Positions 17,721 to 26,520 of a stretch of DNA of 64,000 nt are shown here, piece by piece (the first letter of the stretch is position 1; each line of letters begins with the position of its first letter). The translations under genes were made by a program, and so were the position numbers. This DNA comes from Candidatus Rokuibacteriota bacterium (lineage in GTDB: Bacteria > Methylomirabilota > Methylomirabilia > Rokubacteriales > CSP1-6). The notes under the pieces are model-generated. The model ran no database searches and was not told the origin of the DNA. It saw only the letters and a program-made list of their open reading frames with translations. The stretch spans positions 6,163 through 70,162 of the forward strand of contig QHSO01000004.1 in assembly GCA_003220475.1 (NCBI GenBank), in the 5' to 3' direction.

Positions 17721-18773
17721 CTACGTCGCGAGCGCGCGTCGCACCGCCGGCAGGATCTCGCGCGCCACGCGCGCGGTGTAGTCCCGCTCGCCGTCGGCGG
17801 GCCACGACGGATTCGGGATCGGATGCAGGACGACATAGTCGAAACTCGCCGGCGCCGCCCGCAGCACGTCGATCAGCTGCCGCGTGACCTCGGCCGGCCC
17901 CCCACGCAGCGCGAACGCGTCGGCCGCCTGCGTTGGCAGGAAGTCGACGACGCGGCCACTCATCTCCAGATCCGTCGCGTGATGGAAGTCGGGCCACACG
18001 TGGCGCTCGCGCTTGAGCGTCTCGGGGTCGGCGCCCGTCCACTTCAGGCCGGGGCGATCGAAGAGCATCGGCGAGTATTCGTAGTACCCCGCGGCCATCG
18101 ACTTGGCCATCGTGAGCGCGCGCGCGGCGTCGTCGACGAGCACCGTGTGGAAGATCGCGCCGAGGCGCACGCGCTCCGGATGGCGCCCGGCCTCGGCGGC
18201 CCCCGCACGGATCGCCTCGATCGACGCCGCGATGTTCGCGGCGTGGGTGCCGACGCGGATGAACACGCCGTCGGCGACGCCACCCGCCATCCGCAGCGTG
18301 CGCGGTCCGCCGGCCGCGAGCCAGATCGGGACGGGCCGCGCGTGGGGCAGGCGGGCCGGCTGCTCGGCACCGACCTCGACCGCCTCGCCGTCGAGCAGCG
18401 CGCGCACGAGTCGCGTGGCGCTCTCCAGCTCCTTCACGCGCGCGGGCCGCAGTCCCGCGAGCCGCACGGCCGTGTCGCCGACACCCCAGCCCAGCAGCAC
18501 GCGGCCCGGTGCGAGCTCGTCGATCGTCGCGATCGACGAAGCCGTCACCGTCGGATGACGATTGACGGGATTGGCGAGCAGCGGTCCCAGCGTCACCCGT
18601 TTCGTCGTCCGCGCGGCGGCGGCGAGCAGCACGTAGGTATCGCGGCGGCGCAGCTGCGAGTCCGGCTGCAGCACGGCGTCCCAGCCGAGCGCTTCGGCGC
18701 GCGCCGCATCGGCGGCGAACGCGTCGACCGAGCGCGCGTCGAAACGGTTGAGGCCGAAGCGCGGAATGCTCAC
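17721..18773 (-). CDS. LLM-class (luciferase-like) flavin/F420-dependent oxidoreductase
   Basis: LLM pattern present (RFGLNRF..., [11 protein letters not shown]). GTG 18773 is preferred over ATG 18824, which would leave only 11 nt to the divergent gene. Confidence 0.85.
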   Translation of the reverse strand: MSIPRFGLNRFDARSVDAFAADAARAEALGWDAVLQPDSQLRRRDTYVLLAAAARTTKRVTLGPLLANPVNRHPTVTASSIATIDELAPGRVLLGWGVGDTAVRLAGLRPARVKELESATRLVRALLDGEAVEVGAEQPARLPHARPVPIWLAAGGPRTLRMAGGVADGVFIRVGTHAANIAASIEAIRAGAAEAGRHPERVRLGAIFHTVLVDDAARALTMAKSMAAGYYEYSPMLFDRPGLKWTGADPETLKRERHVWPDFHHATDLEMSGRVVDFLPTQAADAFALRGGPAEVTRQLIDVLRAAPASFDYVVLHPIPNPSWPADGERDYTARVAREILPAVRRALAT

Positions 18774-18835
18774 GGCAGCGTTGTTGTACCCCAGGACGCG
18801 CCCTTCATCCACTGTGGCGTACACTGTGCGGCGCG

Positions 18836-19594
18836 ATGGGACGCCTCGACGGACGCGTGGCGCTGGTGACCGGCGCGAGCCGCGGCTTCGGTCGCGCCAT
18901 CGCGCTGGCCTTCGGTCAGGAGGGCGCCGACGTCGTCGTCAACTATCACGCCAGCGCGCCCGCCGCGGCCGAGGTGGTGACCGCGCTCGAAAAGCTCGGC
19001 CGTCGCGCGCTGGCCGTGAAGGCGGACGTCGCCGACGAGCACGAGGTCGGCGCGCTGATCGACACCGCCATGAAGCGGTTCGATCGCCTGGACGTGCTCG
19101 TCAACAACGCCGGCATCATGGACCGCGGCCTGTTCGCGCAGACGCCGGTCGCGAGTTATGCACGGATGCTCGCGATCAACGTCACCGGCACCATGCTCTG
19201 CACGCGCGCCGCGCTGCCCGCGATGATCGAGCGCAAGTATGGCCGCATCGTCAATCTCTCCTCGCAGCTCGCACGCGCCGGCGTTGGCACCGGCGGCTTC
19301 GCCGCGTACGCCGCGACGAAGGGCGCGATCGAGGCGCTCACCCGCGCCCTGGCGCACGAGGTCGGCGAGCACGGCGTCACGGTGAACGCGATCGCGCCGG
19401 GCGGCATCGACACCGACATGAGCAAGGCGGTCATGACGCCGGAGTATCGCGCGCGACGCATGCGCGAGCTGCCCGTGCGCCACCTCGGCACGCTCGACGA
19501 CGTCGCCTACTGCGCGCTGTTCCTCGCGGACGAGGCGGGCGGCTATCTCACCGGTCAGGTGCTGCAGCCCAACGGCGGCTGGGTGATGCCGTGA
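18836..19594 (+). CDS. SDR-family oxidoreductase
   Basis: Motifs are [12 protein letters not shown] and YAATKGA. Confidence 0.9.
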   Translation: MGRLDGRVALVTGASRGFGRAIALAFGQEGADVVVNYHASAPAAAEVVTALEKLGRRALAVKADVADEHEVGALIDTAMKRFDRLDVLVNNAGIMDRGLFAQTPVASYARMLAINVTGTMLCTRAALPAMIERKYGRIVNLSSQLARAGVGTGGFAAYAATKGAIEALTRALAHEVGEHGVTVNAIAPGGIDTDMSKAVMTPEYRARRMRELPVRHLGTLDDVAYCALFLADEAGGYLTGQVLQPNGGWVMP

Positions 19595-20469
19595 CGCGCC
19601 CGGCGCTCGAGCGGCGACCGTTCGGCCGCACCGGTCATCAGAGCAGCGTGATGTTGTTCGGCGCGGCGGCGCTCGCTCGCGCGAGCCAGGACGATGCCGA
19701 CCGCGCCCTCGAGGTGCTGCTGCGCTACGGCGTCAATCACATCGACACGGCCGCGCGCTATGGAGATTCCGAGCTCCGCATCGGACCGTGGATGGCGCGC
19801 CACCGCAAGGACTTCTTCCTGGCCACCAAGACCGGCAGCCGCACGGCGCGCGAGGCGCGCGAGGACCTGCATCGCTCGCTCGAGCGGCTGCGCGTGGATC
19901 ACGTCGATCTGATCCAGCTGCACTCGCTCGGTCATCCCGACGACTGGGACCGGGCGATGGGGCCCGACGGCGCCCTCGAAGCCTGTGTGCGCGCCAAGGC
20001 CGAGGGGCTCGCGCGCTTCATCGGCGTCACCGGCCACGGCTGGACGATCGCGGCCATGCATCGCCGCAGCCTCGCGCGCTACGACTTCGACTCGGTCCTG
20101 CTGCCGTACAATTTCTTCATGGCGCAGGACGCCCGCTATCGCGAGGCGTTCGAGTCGGTGCTGGCGATCTGCCGCGAGCGCCACACGGCCGTGCAGGTCA
20201 TCAAGTCGATCGCGCGCGGGCCGTGGGCGACGACGGAGCGCACGCACTCGACCTGGTACCAACCGCTCGAGGCGCAGGCCGACATCGATCGCGCCGTGCA
20301 CTGGGCGCTCGGCGTGCCGGGCGTGCACCTCAACACCGCCGGTGATCTCGCCCTGCTGCCGAAGGTGCTGGACGCCGCCGCACGCTACGAGCGCCGTCCC
20401 AGCGATGCGGACATGTCGGCGCTGGCGGCGTCCGCGCGAATGACGTCGCTGTTCGGGCTGCCGACGTAG
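19591..20469 (+). CDS. aldo/keto reductase
   Basis: GTG 19591 overlaps the SDR stop (GTGA). Motifs are [12 protein letters not shown] and VDLIQLH. Confidence 0.9.
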   Translation: MTRPALERRPFGRTGHQSSVMLFGAAALARASQDDADRALEVLLRYGVNHIDTAARYGDSELRIGPWMARHRKDFFLATKTGSRTAREAREDLHRSLERLRVDHVDLIQLHSLGHPDDWDRAMGPDGALEACVRAKAEGLARFIGVTGHGWTIAAMHRRSLARYDFDSVLLPYNFFMAQDARYREAFESVLAICRERHTAVQVIKSIARGPWATTERTHSTWYQPLEAQADIDRAVHWALGVPGVHLNTAGDLALLPKVLDAAARYERRPSDADMSALAASARMTSLFGLPT

Positions 20470-21629
20470 CGCGCGACGGCGGCGCCACGCCGTATGCCGA
20501 GCGCCAGCGCGCCGACGCCCATCGCGGCGAACGCGCCGCCCACCGCGAAGCCGGCCGCATACGAGTAGCGGTCGGCGACGGCGCCGATGAGCGTGGAGCC
20601 GATGACGACGCCGAGATCCCACGCGCCCGATAGCGTGCCGAGCGCGAGGCCGCGCTCGGACTCCGGCGCGCGGTCGACGACGAGGGCCGCGAGCGTCGGG
20701 TAGAGGAGGGCGTTGCCGCTGGCGAGCACGAGCGCCGCCAGCGCCAGGGAGAGCGGCGTCGGCGGCAGCGCGATGATGAGGTAGGCGACGGCGACCACCG
20801 ACATCGCGAACAAACCCACGCGGAAGTGTCCGAGACGGTCCGAGACGCCGCGCAGCAGTGCGCGCCACGTGATCAGCCACGCCGGGTAGATCGCGAAGAA
20901 CCATGCGAGCGCCGCCGTCTCCCCGCGCCCCAGCGCGTAGAGGGGCAGGAAGGCGAACACCGAGCTGTGGCCGATCGTGGAGAGGACGAGCGCGAACGAC
21001 ACGGGCAGCGCCGACCGGCTGATCAGCCGCGGGGCTCGTGCGCTCGCCGCGGGACGCGCGGCCCCCGACGGCAAGCGCGCCACGACCAGCACGAGCAGCA
21101 CCGCCATCACGGTGACCATCGCGAACGCCAGCCGCATGCCGCCGACGGCGCGCAAACCAAAGGCCAGCGGCGGACCGATGGCGACGCCGAGTGAGCTCGC
21201 CAGGTAATAGGTCCCGAGCGCTTCGCCGCGATGCGCGGCGGGGCTGCTCAGCGCCGTCAGCACGCTCGCGGGCGTGCTGATGAGGCCGTTGGCGACGCCG
21301 AGGCCGATCATGAGCACGATGATCGTAACCGGCGTCGCCGCGAGCTGCAGCGCGAGCGTGGTCAACGCCAGCGCCGCGATACCCGGCGCGATGACGGGAC
21401 GCGCGCCGAAGCGATCGACCCAGCCGCCCACGGTAGGCCGCAGGAACATCGACACGACCGTCATGACCGAAAAGAGCAGGCCCACCTGCGTCTTCGTGCC
21501 GCCGAGGTCGGCGACGTGCAGCGGCAACAGCGTGTTGAGCACGATCGAGGCGACGTGGACGGCGGCGGTGATCGCGTAGCAGGCGAGCAGCGTCGGCGTA
21601 AAGACGGCCCGCGAACCGAGCAGGGACAT
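20385..21629 (-). CDS. MFS transporter
   Basis: The product is 414 aa with about 12 hydrophobic helices and the loop motif [14 protein letters not shown]. Its 3' end overlaps the convergent AKR gene by 85 nt. Confidence 0.85.
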   Translation of the reverse strand: MSLLGSRAVFTPTLLACYAITAAVHVASIVLNTLLPLHVADLGGTKTQVGLLFSVMTVVSMFLRPTVGGWVDRFGARPVIAPGIAALALTTLALQLAATPVTIIVLMIGLGVANGLISTPASVLTALSSPAAHRGEALGTYYLASSLGVAIGPPLAFGLRAVGGMRLAFAMVTVMAVLLVLVVARLPSGAARPAASARAPRLISRSALPVSFALVLSTIGHSSVFAFLPLYALGRGETAALAWFFAIYPAWLITWRALLRGVSDRLGHFRVGLFAMSVVAVAYLIIALPPTPLSLALAALVLASGNALLYPTLAALVVDRAPESERGLALGTLSGAWDLGVVIGSTLIGAVADRYSYAAGFAVGGAFAAMGVGALALGIRRGAAVARYVGSPNSDVIRADAASADMSASLGRRS

Positions 21630-21635
21630 CCGGCG

Positions 21636-22961
21636 CTATCCGCGCCGGGGAAGCGACAGCTCGCTGGTGCGTGTGTTACGCGCGACGATGCGGCCGGCCT
21701 TCAGCACGTAGAGCTTCTCCGCCTGCTCGGTGATCGCCTGCGCCGCGTCGCGCGCGTCCAGCACGACGACGTCGGCGCGGCAGCCCGGGGCCAGACCGTA
21801 GCCCTCCAGCCCGAGCGCGCGCGACGGGTTCGTCGTGATCAGCTCCGGCAGCCACGCGAGCTGGTCGAGATTGCCGAGATGCGCGGCCATGGCGGTCACG
21901 AGCGCCTGGCGCAGGAGGTCGGGATGCCCGTACGGCGTGAACGGGTTGACGATGTTGTTGGTGGAGATCGACACGTTGACGCCGGCATCGCGCAGCTCGC
22001 CGATCCGGGTGACGCCCCGCCACGTGCGGCGGGTGTCGGTGCGCGCCTTCACGTGCAGCTCCGTCGCGGGCAGGCTGATCACATGGATCCCCGCCTCGCG
22101 GATCTGCCCGATCAGGCGCGCACGATGCGCGGGCTCGAGCACGTCGAGCATGCAGAGATGGCCGAGCGTGACCCGCCCTTGCATCGCACGCGCGAGCGTC
22201 TGCTGGGCGATGTAATCGGTCGTCAACTGCGCGGGGTCGTCGGAGGAATCGGCGTGGAAGTCGAGGGGAACGCCGAACTCCTGCGCCGTCTCGAAGCACC
22301 AGTCGATGTGGGCGCGCTGGTCCCCATCCATATATGGACAGCCGCCGAGTACCCGGAGCCCCGCCTTGAGCGCCTCGCGCAGCAGGTCTTTCGTGACCGT
22401 GTCGTGGAAGATGCCCTCCTGCGCGAACGCGATCAGCTCCAGGTCGAGCACGCCGGCGACGTCGGCCTGCAGACGACGCATCGCCTCCACGCCGCGCAGC
22501 TCGACGAACGCGTCCACCTCGACGTGGGCGCGCATCGTCGTGCAGCCGTGGCGCACGGCGAGCTCGAGCACACGGCGCGCGCGAGCGTAGATATCGTCCA
22601 CGGTAAACGTCTTCTTCAGCTCGGCGACGAGATGCTGCGGCGTCGGGCCGCCGGCGCGCAGCCCCTGCGTGCGGTCCGCGATGAAGGCCTTGTCGGGATG
22701 AATGTGGCTCTCGACGAAGCCCGGCAGCAACAGGCGGTCGGTGACGTCGAGCGTCTCGTAGCCGGCGGCGTCCAGAGGCGCGCCGAGGCGCTCGATGCGG
22801 CCGTCGCGGATCGCGACATCCTGCCGGCGTCCGCCGACGAGGCCGCCGCGTAGCAAGAGCGGCTCCGCGCGCTTCGTTGCGCCGTCCACCATGCGTGGCG
22901 CGCGCTCCGCGCGCTTCGTTGCGCCGTCCACCACGCGTAGCGCGCGCTCCGCGCGCTTCAT
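21636..22961 (-). CDS. amidohydrolase (cytosine-deaminase-like metallo-dependent hydrolase)
   Basis: The motif PGFVESHIHPDK and a TIM-barrel amidohydrolase body are present. ATG 22961 overlaps the SDR stop (ATGA), and the alternative start is ATG 22892. The N-terminus is encoded by the 42-bp tandem repeat. Confidence 0.85.
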   Translation of the reverse strand: MKRAERALRVVDGATKRAERAPRMVDGATKRAEPLLLRGGLVGGRRQDVAIRDGRIERLGAPLDAAGYETLDVTDRLLLPGFVESHIHPDKAFIADRTQGLRAGGPTPQHLVAELKKTFTVDDIYARARRVLELAVRHGCTTMRAHVEVDAFVELRGVEAMRRLQADVAGVLDLELIAFAQEGIFHDTVTKDLLREALKAGLRVLGGCPYMDGDQRAHIDWCFETAQEFGVPLDFHADSSDDPAQLTTDYIAQQTLARAMQGRVTLGHLCMLDVLEPAHRARLIGQIREAGIHVISLPATELHVKARTDTRRTWRGVTRIGELRDAGVNVSISTNNIVNPFTPYGHPDLLRQALVTAMAAHLGNLDQLAWLPELITTNPSRALGLEGYGLAPGCRADVVVLDARDAAQAITEQAEKLYVLKAGRIVARNTRTSELSLPRRG

Positions 22962-22972
22962 TGCGCGGTCCA
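22862..22972. repeat. 42-bp tandem repeat, 2.6 copies, in frame
   Basis: Copies at 22862-22903 and 22904-22945 are 40/42 identical. A partial third copy at 22946-22972 matches 25/27 and spans the SDR stop / amidohydrolase start junction. Confidence 0.9.
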
Positions 22973-23710
22973 GCCGCCGTCGATGACGAGCTCGCTGCCG
23001 GTCACGAAGGCCGACTCGTCGGAGGCGAGATAGAGAACCGCGTAGGCGACTTCGTCGGGCTCGCCGTACCGGCCGAGCGGAATCCGCGACAGCATGAGCT
23101 TGTAGGTCTCGGGATCGGCGCGGCGCTTCTCGGTCATCGCGGTCACGATCGGCCCGGGATGCACGGAGTTGGCGCGGATGCGTTCCTTCGCGTACTGGAT
23201 GGCCGTCACCTTCGTCAGCAGACGCACGGCGCCCTTCGAGGCAGGGTACATGGGGCTCGTGATGTCGGTGCCCACGAGGCCGAGCTGCGACGAGATGTTG
23301 ACGATCGAGCCGCCGTCCGCGCGCCGCATGGCCGGGATGGCGGCCTTCGTGCCGAGGAAGACGCCGGTCGCGTTCACGTCCATCACGCGTTGCCACGCTT
23401 CCAGTGAGGTGTCCTCCACGCGGCCGGCCGCGCTGATTCCCGCGTTGTTGACGAGCACGTTGAGCTTGCCGAAGCGCTGCTCGGCCAGCGCGACCGCCTG
23501 CTGCCAATCGGCCTCGCGGGTGACGTCGAGCCGCACGAACGCTGCTTTGCCGCCCTTGGCGGCGACCTCGGCTTCGACGGCGCGGCCCTCGTCTTCGAGC
23601 ACGTCGCCGATGACGACTTGCGCGCCCTCGCGCGCGAACATTTTCGCCTCCGCCGCGCCCATGCCGCGCGCGCCGCCGCTGATCAGCGCCACCTTTCCCG
23701 CGAGTCTCAT
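22958..23710 (-). CDS. SDR-family oxidoreductase
   Basis: ATG 23710 follows GGGAGG. Motifs are SGGARGMG, NNAG and YPASKGA. Confidence 0.9.
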   Translation of the reverse strand: MRLAGKVALISGGARGMGAAEAKMFAREGAQVVIGDVLEDEGRAVEAEVAAKGGKAAFVRLDVTREADWQQAVALAEQRFGKLNVLVNNAGISAAGRVEDTSLEAWQRVMDVNATGVFLGTKAAIPAMRRADGGSIVNISSQLGLVGTDITSPMYPASKGAVRLLTKVTAIQYAKERIRANSVHPGPIVTAMTEKRRADPETYKLMLSRIPLGRYGEPDEVAYAVLYLASDESAFVTGSELVIDGGWTAQ

Positions 23711-23797
23711 GTCGCCTCCCGACTCGGGCCCATTCATATGCTCGCTGGCCCGGCGTGCTATCGTACCGCCGAATCGTCCGGCGAAAGGACACCGCCC

Positions 23798-24856
23798 ATG
23801 GCCAATCCGTCGAGAGCGTCGCGCGTCTACGTCGGCGTCGGGTCGTACACCTCCGGCAAGCGCCCGGGAATTTTCCGTCGCGTCGGCGACGGCGACTGGG
23901 AGCAGCTCACGAAGGGCCTGCCCGAGACGACGAAGGTGCAGGCCATCACCGTCGATCCCGCGAACCCCGACATCATCTATATCGGCACGCACGACGGACC
24001 GTACCGCAGCCGCAACGGCGGTGACTCCTGGGAGCGATTGGCCCTGCCCGAACGTGACCTCCAGGTGTGGTCGATGGTCGTGCATCCACGCGACTCACGG
24101 CGGATCTACGCCGGCACCTCGCCGGTCGGCGTGTTTCGCAGTGACGATGGCGGCGACACCTGGCGGCGTTTGCCGAAGGCGGTCATGCCCGAGCGCGTCA
24201 AGATGGGGTTCGCGTGTCGCGTGATGCGCCTGGCCGCGGATCCTGTGCGGCCCGAAACGATCTGGGCGGGGCTCGAGGTCGGCGGCATCATGAAGACGGA
24301 TGATGGCGGTGAGACGTGGACCGACTGCACCGACACTCTCGTCAAGCTTGCCGAGCTGCCGCACCTCAAGAGCCGGATCGTGAGCGATACGGAGATCGAG
24401 GGCATGCTGGACATCCATGCCGTCGCGCTGACGGCGGCGAAGCCCGGCGTGGCGTATGCCGCGATCCGGATGGGTCTGTTCCAGAGCACTGATGGCGGCG
24501 CGCACTGGAAGGACATGCAGGTGGGCCGGTTCTCGCCGCTCACGTACGGCCGCGACATTCGCGTCAGCCCGCAAGATCCGCGCGTGATGTACGCGTGCCT
24601 CAGCCCCGCCGCGCGCAGTCAGGACGGCTCGCTCTATCGCAGCGACGACGTTGGCGAGACGTGGAAGCGCTTCGACCATGGCGTCAAGGCGGAGACGACG
24701 ATGATGGCGGTGGCGCTGCACCCGATCGACGCCGATCGCGTCTACTGCGTGAGCCGCACCGGGCAGGTCTTCGGCACCGAGGACGGTGGCCGTTCGTGGC
24801 GCGAGCACCGCTTGCCGGACGGCGTCGAGGACGTGTACGCGCTGGCCTGCGCCTGA
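23798..24856 (+). CDS. BNR/Asp-box repeat beta-propeller protein (sialidase/Ycf48-like fold)
   Basis: ATG 23798 gives 352 aa. Six Asp-box-like motifs are present: SRNGGDSW, SDDGGDTW, TDDGGETW, STDGGAHW, SDDVGETW and TEDGGRSW. Confidence 0.75.
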   Translation: MANPSRASRVYVGVGSYTSGKRPGIFRRVGDGDWEQLTKGLPETTKVQAITVDPANPDIIYIGTHDGPYRSRNGGDSWERLALPERDLQVWSMVVHPRDSRRIYAGTSPVGVFRSDDGGDTWRRLPKAVMPERVKMGFACRVMRLAADPVRPETIWAGLEVGGIMKTDDGGETWTDCTDTLVKLAELPHLKSRIVSDTEIEGMLDIHAVALTAAKPGVAYAAIRMGLFQSTDGGAHWKDMQVGRFSPLTYGRDIRVSPQDPRVMYACLSPAARSQDGSLYRSDDVGETWKRFDHGVKAETTMMAVALHPIDADRVYCVSRTGQVFGTEDGGRSWREHRLPDGVEDVYALACA

Positions 24857-25080
24857 GTCGCGCGCGCGGGCTATCGCGCCGGCACGCTAGCGGCTCCCGC
24901 CCGGGCGGCGACGTCGGCCGCAATCTTGCCCGCCGTCTGCTCAGACGCTGCGCGAGCAGTCCCGCCTTCGTGAGGTGGTCCGGGAGCGTTTTCGACATGA
25001 CCTCGATCAACTCGCGTGCCGAATCGAGGCGCGTGAGGCGCCATGGTATCGTGTGCGCGGCCGCTCAAGGAGGCTCGTGA

Positions 25081-26520
25081 ATGCGTGTCCGTCGCTTACT
25101 GATGACCACCGCGCTTGTCCTCGCGTATCTCGTGAGCATGGGGACCCCGGCGTCGCCCGCGCCGCAGGACGGGACGCTCACCATCGGCGTCCATGTCACG
25201 CTCGTCAATCGCTGGCTCGATCCCGGCGAGACGGAGGCGCTGATCACGCCCTTCATGGTGCTCTACGCGCTGCACGACGCGCTCGTGAAGCCGATGCCCA
25301 AGAACATCATGACGCCGAGCCTCGCGGAGTCGTGGACGGCGTCCAAGGACGGGCTGAGCTACGACTTCGTGATCCGGAAGAACGCGAAGTTCCACAACGG
25401 CGATCCAGTGACCGCCGAGGACGTGAAGTTCACGTTCGAGCGCTACAAGGGCGCGTCCGCGAAGATCCTCAAGGACCACGTCAAGGAGATCCAGCTTCCG
25501 GCTCCCAATCGCGTCCGCTTCGTGCTGCAAGCGGCGTGGCCGGACTTCATGGCCTTCTATGGCACCTCGGCCACCGGCGCCGGCTGGATCGTGCCCAAGA
25601 AATACATCGAGAAGGTCGGCGAGGACGGATTCAAGAAGGCGCCCGTCGGAGCGGGGCCCTACAAGTTCGTCTCCTTCCAACCCGGCGTCGAGCTCGTGCA
25701 GACCGGCGAGGTCGACCTCGCATATCTGTTCACCGGGCCCGCCGCCGAGGAGCTGAAACGCTCGCCCGGCGTGCGGATCGTCGCCCCGGTCCTCTATGGC
25801 ATGTACTGGCTCGACTTCCCCGACCAGTGGGATCCGAAGTCGCCCTGGCATGACAAGCGTGTGCGCATGGCGGCCAATCTCGTCATCGATCGCAAGGGCA
25901 TCAATCAGTCGGAGATGCTCGGGCTGGGCAAGCTCGCGTCGTCCAACATTCCCCCGGAATTCGACTTCGCGCTGAAGCTCGAGCCGCCCGCGTATGATCC
26001 CAAGCGCGCCAAGCAGCTCATGGTGGAGGCGGGCTACGCCAACGGCTTCGACACGGGCGATCTGACGCCGCTGCCGCCCTACACGACGCTGGCCGAATCC
26101 GTCGCGGGCATGCTGCAGTCGATCGGCATCCGCTCGCACGTCCGCGCGATGGAGCGCGCCACCTTCCTGACGACGTGGCGCGAGAAGAAGCTGCACGGCC
26201 TCATCCTTCCCGCCACCGGCGCCGCCGGCAACGCCGCCGCGCGCATCGAGCCGTTCTTCACCAAGAACGGTTTCTACGCGTACGGCTCGATGCCGGAGAT
26301 CGACGATCTGTTCGAGCGCCAGGCCAAGGAGCTGGATCGCAAGCAGCGTGAGGCGCTGCTGCATCAGATCCAGAAGCTCATCGCCGACAACGTGCTCATC
26401 GCGCCGATCTTCCAGCAGGCGTTCATCTGGGGCGTGAGCGCCCGGGTCGCCGAGCCCGCCGCGGGGCTGATCGAAGGCTACCCGTACATCGGCCCGGCCG
26501 AAGACCTGAAGCTCAAGTAG
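25081..26520 (+). CDS. ABC transporter substrate-binding protein, family 5 (shortened)
   Basis: It has a signal peptide and family-5 SBP motifs (FHNGDPVTAEDVKFTFER, GAGPYKF). It is about 55 aa shorter than the paralogue at 62165, and no permease or ATPase genes are adjacent. Confidence 0.8.
   Translation: MRVRRLLMTTALVLAYLVSMGTPASPAPQDGTLTIGVHVTLVNRWLDPGETEALITPFMVLYALHDALVKPMPKNIMTPSLAESWTASKDGLSYDFVIRKNAKFHNGDPVTAEDVKFTFERYKGASAKILKDHVKEIQLPAPNRVRFVLQAAWPDFMAFYGTSATGAGWIVPKKYIEKVGEDGFKKAPVGAGPYKFVSFQPGVELVQTGEVDLAYLFTGPAAEELKRSPGVRIVAPVLYGMYWLDFPDQWDPKSPWHDKRVRMAANLVIDRKGINQSEMLGLGKLASSNIPPEFDFALKLEPPAYDPKRAKQLMVEAGYANGFDTGDLTPLPPYTTLAESVAGMLQSIGIRSHVRAMERATFLTTWREKKLHGLILPATGAAGNAAARIEPFFTKNGFYAYGSMPEIDDLFERQAKELDRKQREALLHQIQKLIADNVLIAPIFQQAFIWGVSARVAEPAAGLIEGYPYIGPAEDLKLK

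Noticed and set aside
20385-20469. The 85-nt 3'-3' overlap of the AKR and MFS genes as a regulatory antisense arrangement.
   Set aside because: The MFS C-terminal tail may simply run on to the first available stop. Nothing in the sequence itself argues for function.
22862-22972. The tandem repeat as a possible CRISPR array or minisatellite regulatory element.
   Set aside because: There are no spacers and only 2.6 directly abutting copies. The unit is a multiple of 3 and lies within coding sequence, so it is a junction duplication, not CRISPR.
24857-25080. Possible minus-strand gene remnant (...RLDSARELIEVMSKTLPDHLTKAGLLAQRLS, then a frame change to EQTAGKIAADVAARAG...).
   Set aside because: It is short, no family was recognised, and it needs a frameshift to make sense. 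It cannot be distinguished from chance ORFs in GC-rich intergenic DNA.
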